From NCBI GenBank assembly GCA_016840405.1, contig JAEOSK010000023.1, positions 1 to 42,947 on the forward strand: a DNA stretch of 42,947 nucleotides. Reading direction: 5' to 3'. Position numbers and translations under genes: made by a program. The notes beneath the pieces are model-generated. The model saw only the letters and a program-made list of their open reading frames with translations, was not told the origin of the DNA and searched no databases. Positions 26,137 to 36,238 of this stretch are shown here, piece by piece (the first letter of the stretch is position 1; each line of letters starts with the position of its first letter). Source of the stretch: Candidatus Hermodarchaeum yapensis. GTDB taxonomy: Archaea > Asgardarchaeota > Hermodarchaeia > Hermodarchaeales > Hermodarchaeaceae.

Positions 26137-27140
26137 AGTAATGCAACCTCCTTTCCAGGACGCCATTTACTATCCTTGATTTTTCCAGTTGCCAGATGGC
26201 AAGCTGCTTTGTGACCAGGACTCACCTCGAGTAAGACCGGATCTTCCTTTATACACAGGTCTCGGGCAAATTTACATCTAGGATGGAAACGACACCCTTG
26301 TGGTGGGTCTAATAGGTTGGGTGGAGAGCCTGGAATTGACGCTAAGGTTTGATCACGGGATCGTTCGATTGAAGGAATTGATGCGATGAGTCCTTGTGCG
26401 TAAGGGTGCCAGGGTTTTTGGAAGATTTCAACTACTGCGCCAGTTTCCACGATTTTTCCAGCATACATGATGATTACGTTACGACAGGTTTCGGCCACGA
26501 CTGAGAGGTCATGCGTGATGAGCATGAGGGTGATACCTAATTCGTCAGAAAGTCGGCGTAATAGTTGCATAATTTGCGCCTGAACAGTAACATCAAGCGC
26601 AGTGGTAGGTTCATCAGCAATGAGGAATTTGGGATCACATGCCAGGGCCATCACAATCATAGCACGTTGTTTCATTCCACCACTAAATTCGAAAGGATAA
26701 TGGTTAATTCGGTCGGGATCCATGCCGACGAGTTTGAAGAGTTCTCGAGTTTTTTCAATAGCTTCATCCTTGGATAATTCTCTGTTATGTTTGAGCATGG
26801 CTTCAGTGATTTGGTCGCTGACACGGAGAATAGGATTGAGAGCATTCATTGCGCCTTGGAAGACCATTGCGATTTGAGTCCAACGAAATTCACGAATCGC
26901 ATCATCATCCATGGTAGCAATATCTTCGCCTTCGAAATAGATGTGGCCGCCCATGATTTCACCGGGCGAAGGTAACATGCGCAGGATAGCAAAGGCAACG
27001 GTACTTTTTCCGCAGCCAGATTCACCGACGAGTCCGACAGCATCTCCTTTCTCAATTTCGAAGGTTACATCTTCGACTGCGCGGCAATCACCACGTCGCA
27101 TACAGTAGTAGACTTTAAGATCTTCAATTTTCAATGACAT
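26133..27140 (-). CDS. oppD: Oligopeptide/dipeptide ABC ATP-binding subunit (OppD/DppD)
   Basis: GESGCGKS, FSGGMKQR, ADEPTTALD and GCRFHPRC motifs. Confidence 0.92.
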   Translation of the reverse strand: MSLKIEDLKVYYCMRRGDCRAVEDVTFEIEKGDAVGLVGESGCGKSTVAFAILRMLPSPGEIMGGHIYFEGEDIATMDDDAIREFRWTQIAMVFQGAMNALNPILRVSDQITEAMLKHNRELSKDEAIEKTRELFKLVGMDPDRINHYPFEFSGGMKQRAMIVMALACDPKFLIADEPTTALDVTVQAQIMQLLRRLSDELGITLMLITHDLSVVAETCRNVIIMYAGKIVETGAVVEIFQKPWHPYAQGLIASIPSIERSRDQTLASIPGSPPNLLDPPQGCRFHPRCKFARDLCIKEDPVLLEVSPGHKAACHLATGKIKDSKWRPGKEVALL

Positions 27141-27152
27141 TCTCGTTTTCTC

Positions 27153-28670
27153 CTACAATCTCCTTAATCGTGGATTCAATGCTTTATCCACAGCATATCC
27201 CACGAAGACAAACCCCATGGAAATCAATCCAATACACAATCCTGGAGGCACAAAGAACCACCAAGCAGGCGGGATCTGTCCCATTGCTCCATTTATATAG
27301 GCAGACTGAAGCATTCGACCCCAAGAGACTAAGTGGGGTGGCGTTAAGCCTAGGAAAGCAAGACCAGCTTCAGAGAGAATTGCACCTGAAACACCAGTGG
27401 CCAATTGCACAAACACTAGTGTAAGAACGTTAGGAAAGACATGTCGAAATATCAAGTAGACATCGCCAGCTCCTGCAGCCTTTGCGGCTTCCACATAGGC
27501 CTTTTCCTTTTCAACGAGTACTTGTGACCGAATTACCCTTGCTGGAGCAGGCCAAGCGAAGAGTGCGAGGACGAAAACCACGATTCCTAGACTACTCCCC
27601 ATTAGTGCTGCTAATATCATCATGATAGGAAGTCCAGGCATGATGATAAAGAAGTCCACTACACGCATGATAACTTCATCCACATAACCACCAAAGTATC
27701 CAGAAGAAAGTCCAAGAAGAAGACCAACTGCTACTCCGAGGAAAGTAGCAATAAATCCTATGAACAGCGAGATTTGAGCACCCCAGAATAGTTGAGCCAT
27801 GGCATCTAATCCTTCATCACCGGTCCCCAACATCCCCCAGAAGTTACCATAGGGTGTCAACTGTATATCACTCAAAGACCACCTGACCTCGCCCACACGT
27901 GATGGGTTAGTCTCGGATATGTTCAAGGTTATTTGCCACCCAATGGTTTGGCCAGGTCGAAACGCGCGAGTCATTACAGGCGACACGATAAATCCGCGGA
28001 ATAGCTGCCACTCTTCTGGCAATGGTTGGTACACTCGATATTGATACCACACGGGTGAAGGGGGGCTAGACCCATTGTAAAGATTGGGGTTGAGAAGCTC
28101 GAAATAAGGAGTAATCGATTGTGAGGTGATATTGCCTGTAATCTCGAATTCGACTGTCCAATATACATAGGTTAGTGCAGGTGAGCTGTAATTCCACTCA
28201 AAATAGGTTGTTGCTGTTATCTGCTCACCCCTATAGGTCTCGCTGGTATTGGTATCTGTAAATGTAAGAACTAGTGAATGACCCGGACTTGGTTCGTCCT
28301 GATATATCGTTTGTGATGGGGGACCCCACTCCCACGATGTGGCAAGGCTTGAGTTATCAATTATCCATGCATCATCGGTTTCAAAAAAGGGGTCTGGGAT
28401 AAAATTCATGGTCGGCGCATTAATATGATTCGTCATATCGCTTGGGTACGTCCACGACATCCATTGGGGTGCTGCGAAGTTTGGTCCAATACGATTTTCA
28501 AATCCTTCAGGATACTGGGGAAACAAGACCGGTGCGAGTACGGCCATACCAATGAAAATCACTACTAATGCAAGACCAAAAACACCCTGTTTAACTTCTC
28601 GGTAACGTTTCCAAACGCCGCTTGCCCGTTCAAGCCAGCTTAGTCGATGCTTATATGATCGTTCACTCAT
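27153..28670 (-). CDS. oppC: Oligopeptide/dipeptide ABC permease (OppC/DppC) with a large extracytoplasmic insertion
   Basis: LGTGDEGLD, YVEAAKAAGA, RHVFPN, EAGLAFLG and NPRLR motifs; roughly 190 extra residues after TM1. Confidence 0.88.
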   Translation of the reverse strand: MSERSYKHRLSWLERASGVWKRYREVKQGVFGLALVVIFIGMAVLAPVLFPQYPEGFENRIGPNFAAPQWMSWTYPSDMTNHINAPTMNFIPDPFFETDDAWIIDNSSLATSWEWGPPSQTIYQDEPSPGHSLVLTFTDTNTSETYRGEQITATTYFEWNYSSPALTYVYWTVEFEITGNITSQSITPYFELLNPNLYNGSSPPSPVWYQYRVYQPLPEEWQLFRGFIVSPVMTRAFRPGQTIGWQITLNISETNPSRVGEVRWSLSDIQLTPYGNFWGMLGTGDEGLDAMAQLFWGAQISLFIGFIATFLGVAVGLLLGLSSGYFGGYVDEVIMRVVDFFIIMPGLPIMMILAALMGSSLGIVVFVLALFAWPAPARVIRSQVLVEKEKAYVEAAKAAGAGDVYLIFRHVFPNVLTLVFVQLATGVSGAILSEAGLAFLGLTPPHLVSWGRMLQSAYINGAMGQIPPAWWFFVPPGLCIGLISMGFVFVGYAVDKALNPRLRRL

Positions 28671-28861
28671 ATCTAGACCACCCGGAAGTCTTCCTAATAG
28701 TTTCTATTTTTTGGGCATTACTGGGGGCAATTCCCTTAAAAGTTATATTAACTTGACGGTACGAGCAGGAAAAAAAAGTTGCCAACACCAATGGATTAAA
28801 ATATTCTAGCAACCTCGCACTCGCACAGTATCTCGAGGGTGGATTTGTCCTGATTCGAAAA

Positions 28862-29353
28862 GTGAGCACCACACTCTTCCTGGCAATCATCTTAAGTTCA
28901 ACTGTGTTACTGGGAGTTTCCACCTTTTACGCTGTTGATACGTATCGTGCCTTCGGCTTTTCCGTAGAAATCACTGAAGTCCGTGTATACTACAATGAAA
29001 CTAGCAGTGAATATACACGAGTTCAGGTTGATATCCGCATCTACAATCCCTCTCTTACACTAGAATTGGAATACTTATGGTCTGATACCTATACGGTGCT
29101 CAATGATCAGCCACTCGAATATGGGCAGGGGGAAAAATACCATCACGTGTGGATTTCTCCTGGAGATTTTGATGAAACAGGTTGGTCCCATGATCTTGTT
29201 GAAGAAGACCAGGCATTGTTTCAAGCCGCTGAGGCAAGTGGCACGTGGATGTGGTTTGAATTCCTTCAACCCTATCTGAGTTCAGGTTTTCTTGGGCGAA
29301 ATCAAGTGAGTCGACCAATAACTTTTGAGGGTGTCGTACTAATTTCTATCTGA
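28862..29353 (+). CDS. Membrane-anchored beta-rich hypothetical protein (possibly LEA-2/WHy-like fold)
   Basis: N-terminal TM followed by alternating beta pattern with IYNPS. Confidence 0.6.
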   Translation: MSTTLFLAIILSSTVLLGVSTFYAVDTYRAFGFSVEITEVRVYYNETSSEYTRVQVDIRIYNPSLTLELEYLWSDTYTVLNDQPLEYGQGEKYHHVWISPGDFDETGWSHDLVEEDQALFQAAEASGTWMWFEFLQPYLSSGFLGRNQVSRPITFEGVVLISI

Positions 29354-29365
29354 TTTTTTTCTCAG

Positions 29366-29620
29366 CTAGCGCCTCGGAATAGGGTGTCTTTGGGGTTGGG
29401 CTAGAAACCGATCAGTTAACCACAGGTATAAGAGAGCAATAAGGGAAAACGCTGTCAGAAGTAGCCCAATCCAAAATAAGACTAATCCACCAACAATGAA
29501 AAACGAGAGAATTATACCAATGATTGTAATGACAACCCCGATTATAACAAACCATTTCAAAGTGGGCTTTGTCACCATCAGTGCCCGAAAACCCATTTGT
29601 TGACCCATGACAAGAAACAC
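29366..29620 (-). CDS. Small two-TM membrane protein
   Basis: Two hydrophobic segments and a basic tail; start uncertain. Confidence 0.6.
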   Translation of the reverse strand: MFLVMGQQMGFRALMVTKPTLKWFVIIGVVITIIGIILSFFIVGGLVLFWIGLLLTAFSLIALLYLWLTDRFLAQPQRHPIPRR

Positions 29621-29739
29621 ACCTGAATTCAGTAGCCTGATGTTCTAATCCATTGAACAATTAAACATTTACTCCCCATTAGATAATTTTATTAAGCTTC
29701 ACCTTTAAAACGTTCAGTCGTTTAGAATTCATATATGAT

Positions 29740-30771
29740 GTGACATCAATGGGTTTACGTCAATATCTGATCAAGCGGGTTTTCATTGCGATTATCCTGT
29801 TCCTTGCTGTCCTGATTTTTAATTTCTTTATCTTTCGTCTTCCGGTTTTCGTTCTAGGAATGGATCCTGCAAGCCTCTATATCACTCCTGAGATGGATAT
29901 TGACGATATTGAAAGGATTCGAATCCTGTATCAACTTCCACCTGAGAATGCTACTTGGTTTGATTGGTGGCTCCATTTCCTCTCATACATGCAGAATATG
30001 CTGACAGGTAACTTTGGCAATAGCTTTGTAACCTTCCGACCTGTCGTCATGGAAATCATGGAGCGACTACCAAATACGCTCCTGTTAATGGGTACCTCCA
30101 TGATTTTTGCCGTTATACTTGGTATAGTAACCGGGATTGTTGCTGCCAGCCGACATGGTGGCGTGTTGGACACCAGCCTGATTACAGCTAGTCTGACTTT
30201 GTATAGCTTACCAGTTTTTTGGATGGGTATGATCTTTCTTTTGGTGTTTGCCATTCTTCCTCAGATGCTATGGGGCCTCAGTCTCTTCCCATTGGGCCAC
30301 ACAGTTAGTGCCCCAGGAAGCGTTCCCAATGATCCCATCTCTTATGCGTTGGATGTAGCATGGCACTTGTTCCTCCCCACAATGGTATTAACGTTAGGTT
30401 TCTTTGGAGGTTACATGCTACTAATGAGAAATACTCTCGTGGATGTACTCACTGAAGACTATATCCTTACAGCACGGGCAAAAGGATTGGACGAACGGAC
30501 TGTCCTCTACAAGCATGGAGTCCGTAACGCATTCCTACCTCTGATATCTATTGTCGCCATCAACTTTGCATTTATCATAAGCGGAGCCGTACTTACAGAA
30601 ACGGTCTTTGCATGGCATGGGATAGGGAGGCTCTTATACCGGTCGCTGCTTTCCAATGATTGGCCTGTTGCGCAAGCGATATTTTGGATGATAGCATTGA
30701 CTGTAATTATTGCTAATATTCTCGCTGACCTCCTCTACGGAGTTTTAGACCCTCGCGTCAGATATGGATAG
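29740..30771 (+). CDS. oppB: Oligopeptide/dipeptide ABC permease (OppB/DppB)
   Basis: GNFGNSF, RLPNT, EDYILTARAKG, ETVFAWHGIG and LDPRVR motifs. Confidence 0.92.
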   Translation: MTSMGLRQYLIKRVFIAIILFLAVLIFNFFIFRLPVFVLGMDPASLYITPEMDIDDIERIRILYQLPPENATWFDWWLHFLSYMQNMLTGNFGNSFVTFRPVVMEIMERLPNTLLLMGTSMIFAVILGIVTGIVAASRHGGVLDTSLITASLTLYSLPVFWMGMIFLLVFAILPQMLWGLSLFPLGHTVSAPGSVPNDPISYALDVAWHLFLPTMVLTLGFFGGYMLLMRNTLVDVLTEDYILTARAKGLDERTVLYKHGVRNAFLPLISIVAINFAFIISGAVLTETVFAWHGIGRLLYRSLLSNDWPVAQAIFWMIALTVIIANILADLLYGVLDPRVRYG

Positions 30772-30822
30772 AGTGATTAATAGTTAGACGGTGTCATTTT
30801 AAGTTCGAGGGCAGGTGCAAGC

Positions 30823-31239
30823 ATGAAATTGGAAATGAAACGGGTAAGGACTTTTCTCTTCGTAACTATTGGATCGACTATTATTAGCACGGCAGTTCTC
30901 CATGCGACCTACACAGAGATCTTCTCGGTTTTAGCAATCTTTTCTATCTTCATCCTCTTCTTTTCTGCCTTCTTTATTGGAGTGCTTTGTCACGAGTTTA
31001 AGGATGCTCTTATCGCTATGTTCATCTCGTTAACCCTTTCTATCGTCATCTTGGTTGTTCTCCGCTCCCTTCCAGCGTTCTTGGGCATTATCACATCAGG
31101 AGCGGTCTTTTTCGTCATCTCCCAATTTGCCCTTTCCCTTCCCCTCATCTTTCCCCTCATTATGGTGTATGTCCTTGGAGTCCTTGCAGGACTCATCTTC
31201 AGTACATTTGCTTTTGACCCGTATACTAAAGACCTTTAG
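30823..31239 (+). CDS. Hypothetical four-TM membrane protein
   Basis: Four hydrophobic segments; SD-like AGGTG upstream. Confidence 0.65.
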   Translation: MKLEMKRVRTFLFVTIGSTIISTAVLHATYTEIFSVLAIFSIFILFFSAFFIGVLCHEFKDALIAMFISLTLSIVILVVLRSLPAFLGIITSGAVFFVISQFALSLPLIFPLIMVYVLGVLAGLIFSTFAFDPYTKDL

Positions 31240-31292
31240 GCACACACCAATCTGATATTTCTGGATCCTTTGAATAACCTGGTGAAGTACAA

Positions 31293-31604
31293 ATGAATGA
31301 AGAACGAAAGATAGAAATCATTTATCGCCGATGGGTGCTCCTAATTCCCATCATCATGATTATCATTGGATTTTTCTTTGTATACTTTTTCTGGGTTTTA
31401 AACCCTTTTTTGGGGATACTGGGTGGCGCGCTTATTCTCGTGGGCGTCATGGTGTTTGGGATACTCCTCGTCTTAGTCATTGGTTTTTACGTCAGCGTAC
31501 GTTCGCTGAAAAAGTCACGACCTGTCCCTCCACCACTGAGTGAAGAACTCGATACTGCAGAACGAGACCATCCATCATCTGAAGAACAGGACGAAGAATC
31601 CTAA
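31293..31604 (+). CDS. Hypothetical two-TM membrane protein with acidic tail
   Basis: Two TM segments and a Glu/Asp-rich C-terminus; GGTGA upstream. Confidence 0.65.
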   Translation: MNEERKIEIIYRRWVLLIPIIMIIIGFFFVYFFWVLNPFLGILGGALILVGVMVFGILLVLVIGFYVSVRSLKKSRPVPPPLSEELDTAERDHPSSEEQDEES

Positions 31605-31797
31605 ACTTAGTGATTAACCCTTTCTAACCTCTAAACACTAAGTAATAGATAGTGCAAAGGTCCATTGACTGCGAAATACAGAGGCTTCCACCTCACAACA
31701 AAGAACAAACGACTAATATCAAGTAAAAAATCCGTCAATTGTTGACTGTTTCGCCCCAACCATAGTGTATTTATATCTCTTTGTACCATCGTGGCTA

Positions 31798-31834
31798 ACC
31801 CTTAGCGGCTATGCTAAATGGCAGCTGCTAGGGT
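31798..31834 (+). promoter_or_regulatory. 5'-leader stem-loop upstream of the first solute-binding protein
   Basis: ACCC-t-TAGCGGCT pairs with AGCTGCTA-GGGT. TTTATAT TATA-like box at about 31770-31776; hairpin ends 14 nt before the ATG. Confidence 0.45.
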
Positions 31835-31848
31835 AGATAACGGAAGGA

Positions 31849-33732
31849 ATGAAAAATAAATTGAGTAATTTTAAGAAACTAACTTTAGTGTCTGCTATTG
31901 CACTAGTGGGTCTCTTCCTTTCTCTTGCGTACGTAAGCCCGATTCAAACTGCTTCTGTCCGAGCACTTGTCTATGCTGACGGGTATGATCCGCACGGTGG
32001 ATACCTTGACAAAGTGACCTTTGTCGTCTATCCTCCTGAGGATGAACAGCTCGGTTTACAAGCCTTACAAGCGAACATCATCTACGCATGGGACGAGCGA
32101 GTACCTGCAGATAACATTGCTGAACTCGAAGCGACAGCCGGTGTAGAAGTCACTACTGAACCTGGTGACATGTACCGGATGTTTTGTTTGAACGGCAATC
32201 GCTTCCCGACCAACCACACTGGTTATCGGCGGGCTATTGCTTTTGCTATGGATAAAGCTGCTGTCGTCCAAGCCTCAACGGGCGGCTTAGCCTTTTTGCA
32301 GGACTGTGCGATTCCCATAGCATTGGGTAACTGGACCTATGAAGATGAGTTAACCGATACCTACTATGCCCAAGACATCGCCTCAGCCAATGCCACCTTG
32401 GAAGCTGAAGGCTTCCAAGACCTTGATGGTGATGGCTGGCGTGAATTTGATGTCAACGACAACGATACTTGGGATGCTGGTGTCGACCTCGATGATATGG
32501 ATATCAATGTTCAGCTCTACCACACAGCGGGTCACGCACCATCCGGCAACGCAGTTATACTTGCTGTAGATGGTCTTACACTCTGTGGTATTCGGGCTGA
32601 GGTATCTCCCCAAGACTTCTACGCAATGTTGGATATGATCGAAATTGGTGATTACTGGCTTAGCTGTTTCACCTTCACAAACATGGTCTCAGCTGACTTG
32701 CTCTATGACCTCTTCCACAGTTCCACTGGTAACAACCAATGGTACTTCGGAGGATGGACCAACGCCACCTATGACGCTGCCGCTGAAGCCTTGATGGCTT
32801 CTGCAACCCAACAGGAGGCAAACGATTGGGCTTGGGAATGCCAGAAACTGCTCTGGTATGAACAGATCATGATCGTCTGCTACAACGACGTCTACACCCA
32901 CGCCTACCGGACTGACATCTGGGAAGGCTATGTCAACATGCAAGGCCGCAACCGTATCGGTAACGGCTACAGTCTCGTTCAACTTCACTTGACGGATGCC
33001 GCTGGTGGACCATTCGGCTGCTATCCAACCGAGTATATCATGAGCCTCAACGAAGGACTCGATACGACCAACTGGCTGATGAGCAACTCCGGTTACACAA
33101 CAACCGTGTTCCAGCTCGTCTACGAATCACTATCAACCCTTTCGCCATACGGCTGGAACTATGAACCAGCATTAGCCTATGACTGGGAAACTGAAGCAAC
33201 CGTTGCTAACGGTGACATTCAAGACGGTGAGAAACACACATTCTATCTGTATGAAAACGCCACCTGGCACGACGGTGAAGCGTTTACCTCCGAAGACGTA
33301 GTATTTAGTTATGAAGTCCTTGCTCCTCAGGACCCATACAACGCTGAGAACTATGAGAACGTATACAAGGTTGAAGCTCCTGATGACTACACTGTTGAAA
33401 TCTACACCAACAAGACTGGTTACTTCGAATGGACACGTTCCACTGGATTTACTATCTTTCCAGAACACATCTGGTCCGTACCTTCCAACGCTACGACCTT
33501 TGTGCCAACCCCAGCTGAATGTGTGGGCACTGGCTCATACTGGTTCAGCGCTCACGTTCCTGGCCAATACGTTGTCCTTGAACGCCACGCTGACTGGCAC
33601 TTTGGTATCGAGCACCCTGAACGACCTGCATGTACTATACCAACCAACCCACTCCTACTCATCGGCATTGGTGTCGTTGTAGTCGTCATCATCATCATTG
33701 CTGGCGTCTACTTCTTCCGAATTCGAAAGTAG
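31849..33732 (+). CDS. ABC peptide/nickel solute-binding protein (family 5), circularly permuted, C-terminal TM anchor
   Basis: Signal peptide; YLDKVTF and YRRAIAFAMDK precede TWHDGEAFTSEDV and VGTGSY; ends in TM plus FRIRK. Confidence 0.88.
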   Translation: MKNKLSNFKKLTLVSAIALVGLFLSLAYVSPIQTASVRALVYADGYDPHGGYLDKVTFVVYPPEDEQLGLQALQANIIYAWDERVPADNIAELEATAGVEVTTEPGDMYRMFCLNGNRFPTNHTGYRRAIAFAMDKAAVVQASTGGLAFLQDCAIPIALGNWTYEDELTDTYYAQDIASANATLEAEGFQDLDGDGWREFDVNDNDTWDAGVDLDDMDINVQLYHTAGHAPSGNAVILAVDGLTLCGIRAEVSPQDFYAMLDMIEIGDYWLSCFTFTNMVSADLLYDLFHSSTGNNQWYFGGWTNATYDAAAEALMASATQQEANDWAWECQKLLWYEQIMIVCYNDVYTHAYRTDIWEGYVNMQGRNRIGNGYSLVQLHLTDAAGGPFGCYPTEYIMSLNEGLDTTNWLMSNSGYTTTVFQLVYESLSTLSPYGWNYEPALAYDWETEATVANGDIQDGEKHTFYLYENATWHDGEAFTSEDVVFSYEVLAPQDPYNAENYENVYKVEAPDDYTVEIYTNKTGYFEWTRSTGFTIFPEHIWSVPSNATTFVPTPAECVGTGSYWFSAHVPGQYVVLERHADWHFGIEHPERPACTIPTNPLLLIGIGVVVVVIIIIAGVYFFRIRK

Positions 33733-33744
33733 GTTAGAATAAAC

Positions 33745-33778
33745 GTAGGGCTTCGGCCCTACAACCTTCCTTTTTTTT
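33745..33778 (+). terminator. Hairpin plus U-tract terminator
   Basis: GTAGGGC-TTCG-GCCCTAC (33745-33762), pyrimidine spacer, then T8 (33771-33778). Confidence 0.75.
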
Positions 33779-33785
33779 CACTGAG

Positions 33786-34649
33786 GTGCAAGGTGTGAGT
33801 GTTGATACGCCTCTCCGGCGATACATGACTATCATCATACAGGTTGCTGTAGCAGCCGCATATAGTGGATTTCTAGCATTTGTACTAATTTCCACCACCG
33901 ACCTACGATACATCTCCCTTGGTCTTGCTTATCCTTTCCCCCTCAACGTGATTATGGTTCTCCTCTATGCAGGAGTCGGCCTTGGAATCGTATTCGTTTT
34001 GAACCTCTTCTTTCGATTCACCAAACTCCGACCCGACAGGTTATTTATAACAATCCTTTTGTCTCCCCTCATTTTCCTAGCAACACTTCTATTTGGACAC
34101 ATGATTCTCATGTTCTTCTTTCAGGGAGTGCAAAACTTCTTCCTCTATTCAGTATTCACCTTTGCTTCACTCTACTTCTCCATGTTTGCCATCCTCTTTA
34201 TCATCATGGATGCCCTCCCCAACTGGGGAAAAATGGTCCTAGTCCTTTGGTATGGCGGAAGCATTGGCGCTTTCCTTGGCGTTGCCATTCCATCGGTGTT
34301 CCTTTTCATGCTATTCATCGCTTTAGCTGGAATCGATATCTTCACTGCACGAGCAGTACAACCAGACTGGCAAGATCGAGCCGAAGGGTTTGAGGTGTTA
34401 GGCACCATGATAGGAGGAACCTTCATGGGTGTCGGTGACATCGTATCATATGCAGCCATTATCTCGCATTCCCTTACGTACTTTGGAATTTTTGCAGCAA
34501 TTGCCTCATTGACAATGCTCTTTTTAGGAGCCTGTGTGCTGGTATGGGGCTACAAAGACCGTATCGATAAACCAATTCCCGGTCTCATAGTCGTGTTATT
34601 TGGAATCCTCCCATGGATTCCGTTCATCATACTCGAAATCCTATTCTAG
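33786..34649 (+). CDS. Presenilin/signal-peptide-peptidase-like GxGD intramembrane aspartyl protease
   Basis: About nine TM segments. GIDIF (YD-equivalent), MGVGDIV (GxGD) and PIPGL (PAL-equivalent) occur in the expected order. Confidence 0.72.
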   Translation: MQGVSVDTPLRRYMTIIIQVAVAAAYSGFLAFVLISTTDLRYISLGLAYPFPLNVIMVLLYAGVGLGIVFVLNLFFRFTKLRPDRLFITILLSPLIFLATLLFGHMILMFFFQGVQNFFLYSVFTFASLYFSMFAILFIIMDALPNWGKMVLVLWYGGSIGAFLGVAIPSVFLFMLFIALAGIDIFTARAVQPDWQDRAEGFEVLGTMIGGTFMGVGDIVSYAAIISHSLTYFGIFAAIASLTMLFLGACVLVWGYKDRIDKPIPGLIVVLFGILPWIPFIILEILF

Positions 34650-34821
34650 TCAGTTAAATCAGAACCGACCCGTCAAGAACGGAATCCTGACTTTTTGCGT
34701 ATTTCCTTGAACCCTCAAAAGGACCCATGGGTCAACCTTTTGTTCTTTACCAACAGCTGATGAACTATAGGAAAGGTAACCTTAATTGAATTTGGAGGCG
34801 ATTACAGGATTCTGACAACTT

Positions 34822-36060
34822 CTAATTGGAGGGAAAGTGCTGAAGCGCTTCAGCCAGGGGTGAATGGGATTTTGCATAGTTACTCAGTGTTTGCCCCTCA
34901 AGAACTGCGTCTACTGCTTGGCGCATCGCGGTTGCACCTATCTCCGTTCCTCTTGGGTGGCCATGAATGCCCCCACCTGCTTGGATAACGACATCTTTGC
35001 CAAAAATGTCAATTAATTGCGGAACATGTCGTGGATGGAGACCGCCTGAAGCCACGGGTAAGGTGGGTAAAAGCCCCTGGAGTGGTTGTGTACATTCTCG
35101 AATATTGGTTTCAACTTCCTGGCGATCTTCCGACATTTTCCCTACTGCGGTTCCAACGTGTAATTGATCTATTCCAAGTAATCGAGACACAACGGCAATA
35201 ACTGGCATTGCGATTCCATGCTCAGGCAATTTGGTGAACGCAGCATGCATCGCGCGATGTCCATGGAGGATGAGATTGAATCCCTGGTTCCGTAGTGTAG
35301 CGACTGCAGAAAACCCACAGGTCAAAATATCAATCATCGCTACACGCCCTCCATGGTCTTCAACGAATTCAGCCCGACGAAGCATCTCTTTAGTTTCAGC
35401 AGTAACGTTAATCAGATACACTTTACGATCACCGGTTTCCTCTTCAGCGCGATCTCGTTTATCGAGGGTTTCGATTACACGCTTCTCAAAGGGATTGAAC
35501 TTTTGGCTGGACAAATTCTCATCGTCTTTGACAATATCACACCCACCAACCCATGCCGAATAAGCGACTGCAGCATGATCTTTGGTTCGCAACCCTAGTT
35601 TGGGTTTAATTATCGTTCCGACCAAGGGTCGTTTGGGAACCTTCAGAACCTTTCGAATGCCGGGAATGCCAAAAGCGGGACCCGGAAAACTCTTGATGAG
35701 TTGAGGAGCCAACTGGATATCAAGTAGCCGGAGATACTTCAGATCACCAAGTCCGAAAACATTGCCCGCAATTGAACTCATGATATTTGGGAGGTTACCC
35801 GGCTCGAAGAGCTCAATAGGATAGGCAATCCGGGCAATCTGGTTGCTCAGTTCAAATACCGTTGCCGCTAGTTGTTTCATGTACGGTTTTTCAGTAGTGA
35901 GTTCGGTCCACGTTCCGATGGAGCTTTCGGCGGCTACACCTCCTGCAGCCCACTGCATACTCCTCTTAGAATCGAGAGGTTCTATCCGAAAAGTGCAGAT
36001 AGTGTCAGAAGGGGCAGGCTTGTATTTTGGATTAAAGAAGTCCTCATACTTCATTGGCAT
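34822..36060 (-). CDS. rbcL: RuBisCO large subunit, form III
   Basis: AAESSIGTW, SIAGNVFG, IIKPKLG, DIVKDDE, HRAMH, VGKM, SGG and QAGGG motifs; 412 aa; no small subunit nearby. Confidence 0.93.
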   Translation of the reverse strand: MPMKYEDFFNPKYKPAPSDTICTFRIEPLDSKRSMQWAAGGVAAESSIGTWTELTTEKPYMKQLAATVFELSNQIARIAYPIELFEPGNLPNIMSSIAGNVFGLGDLKYLRLLDIQLAPQLIKSFPGPAFGIPGIRKVLKVPKRPLVGTIIKPKLGLRTKDHAAVAYSAWVGGCDIVKDDENLSSQKFNPFEKRVIETLDKRDRAEEETGDRKVYLINVTAETKEMLRRAEFVEDHGGRVAMIDILTCGFSAVATLRNQGFNLILHGHRAMHAAFTKLPEHGIAMPVIAVVSRLLGIDQLHVGTAVGKMSEDRQEVETNIRECTQPLQGLLPTLPVASGGLHPRHVPQLIDIFGKDVVIQAGGGIHGHPRGTEIGATAMRQAVDAVLEGQTLSNYAKSHSPLAEALQHFPSN

Positions 36061-36238
36061 CCCTCAAAATGTAATAGCGCCGTTTACAATGGATGACTTT
36101 TTGCGCTCTTAAAGTGTTCTCAATAGCCGATTATCGATATACCATGAATTCTAACGCTAGAATCCTTCACCATTCGAGACACCCTGTATGGTGAATCTTA
36201 AAAAAGATGAATAGAAATTCTGAACTAGGTTGAATTGA

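Noticed and set aside
34822-36060. Photoautotrophy from RuBisCO plus rhodopsin
   Set aside because: Form III with no PRK or small subunit in view, 17 kb from the opsin, and the opsin lacks outward-pump residues.
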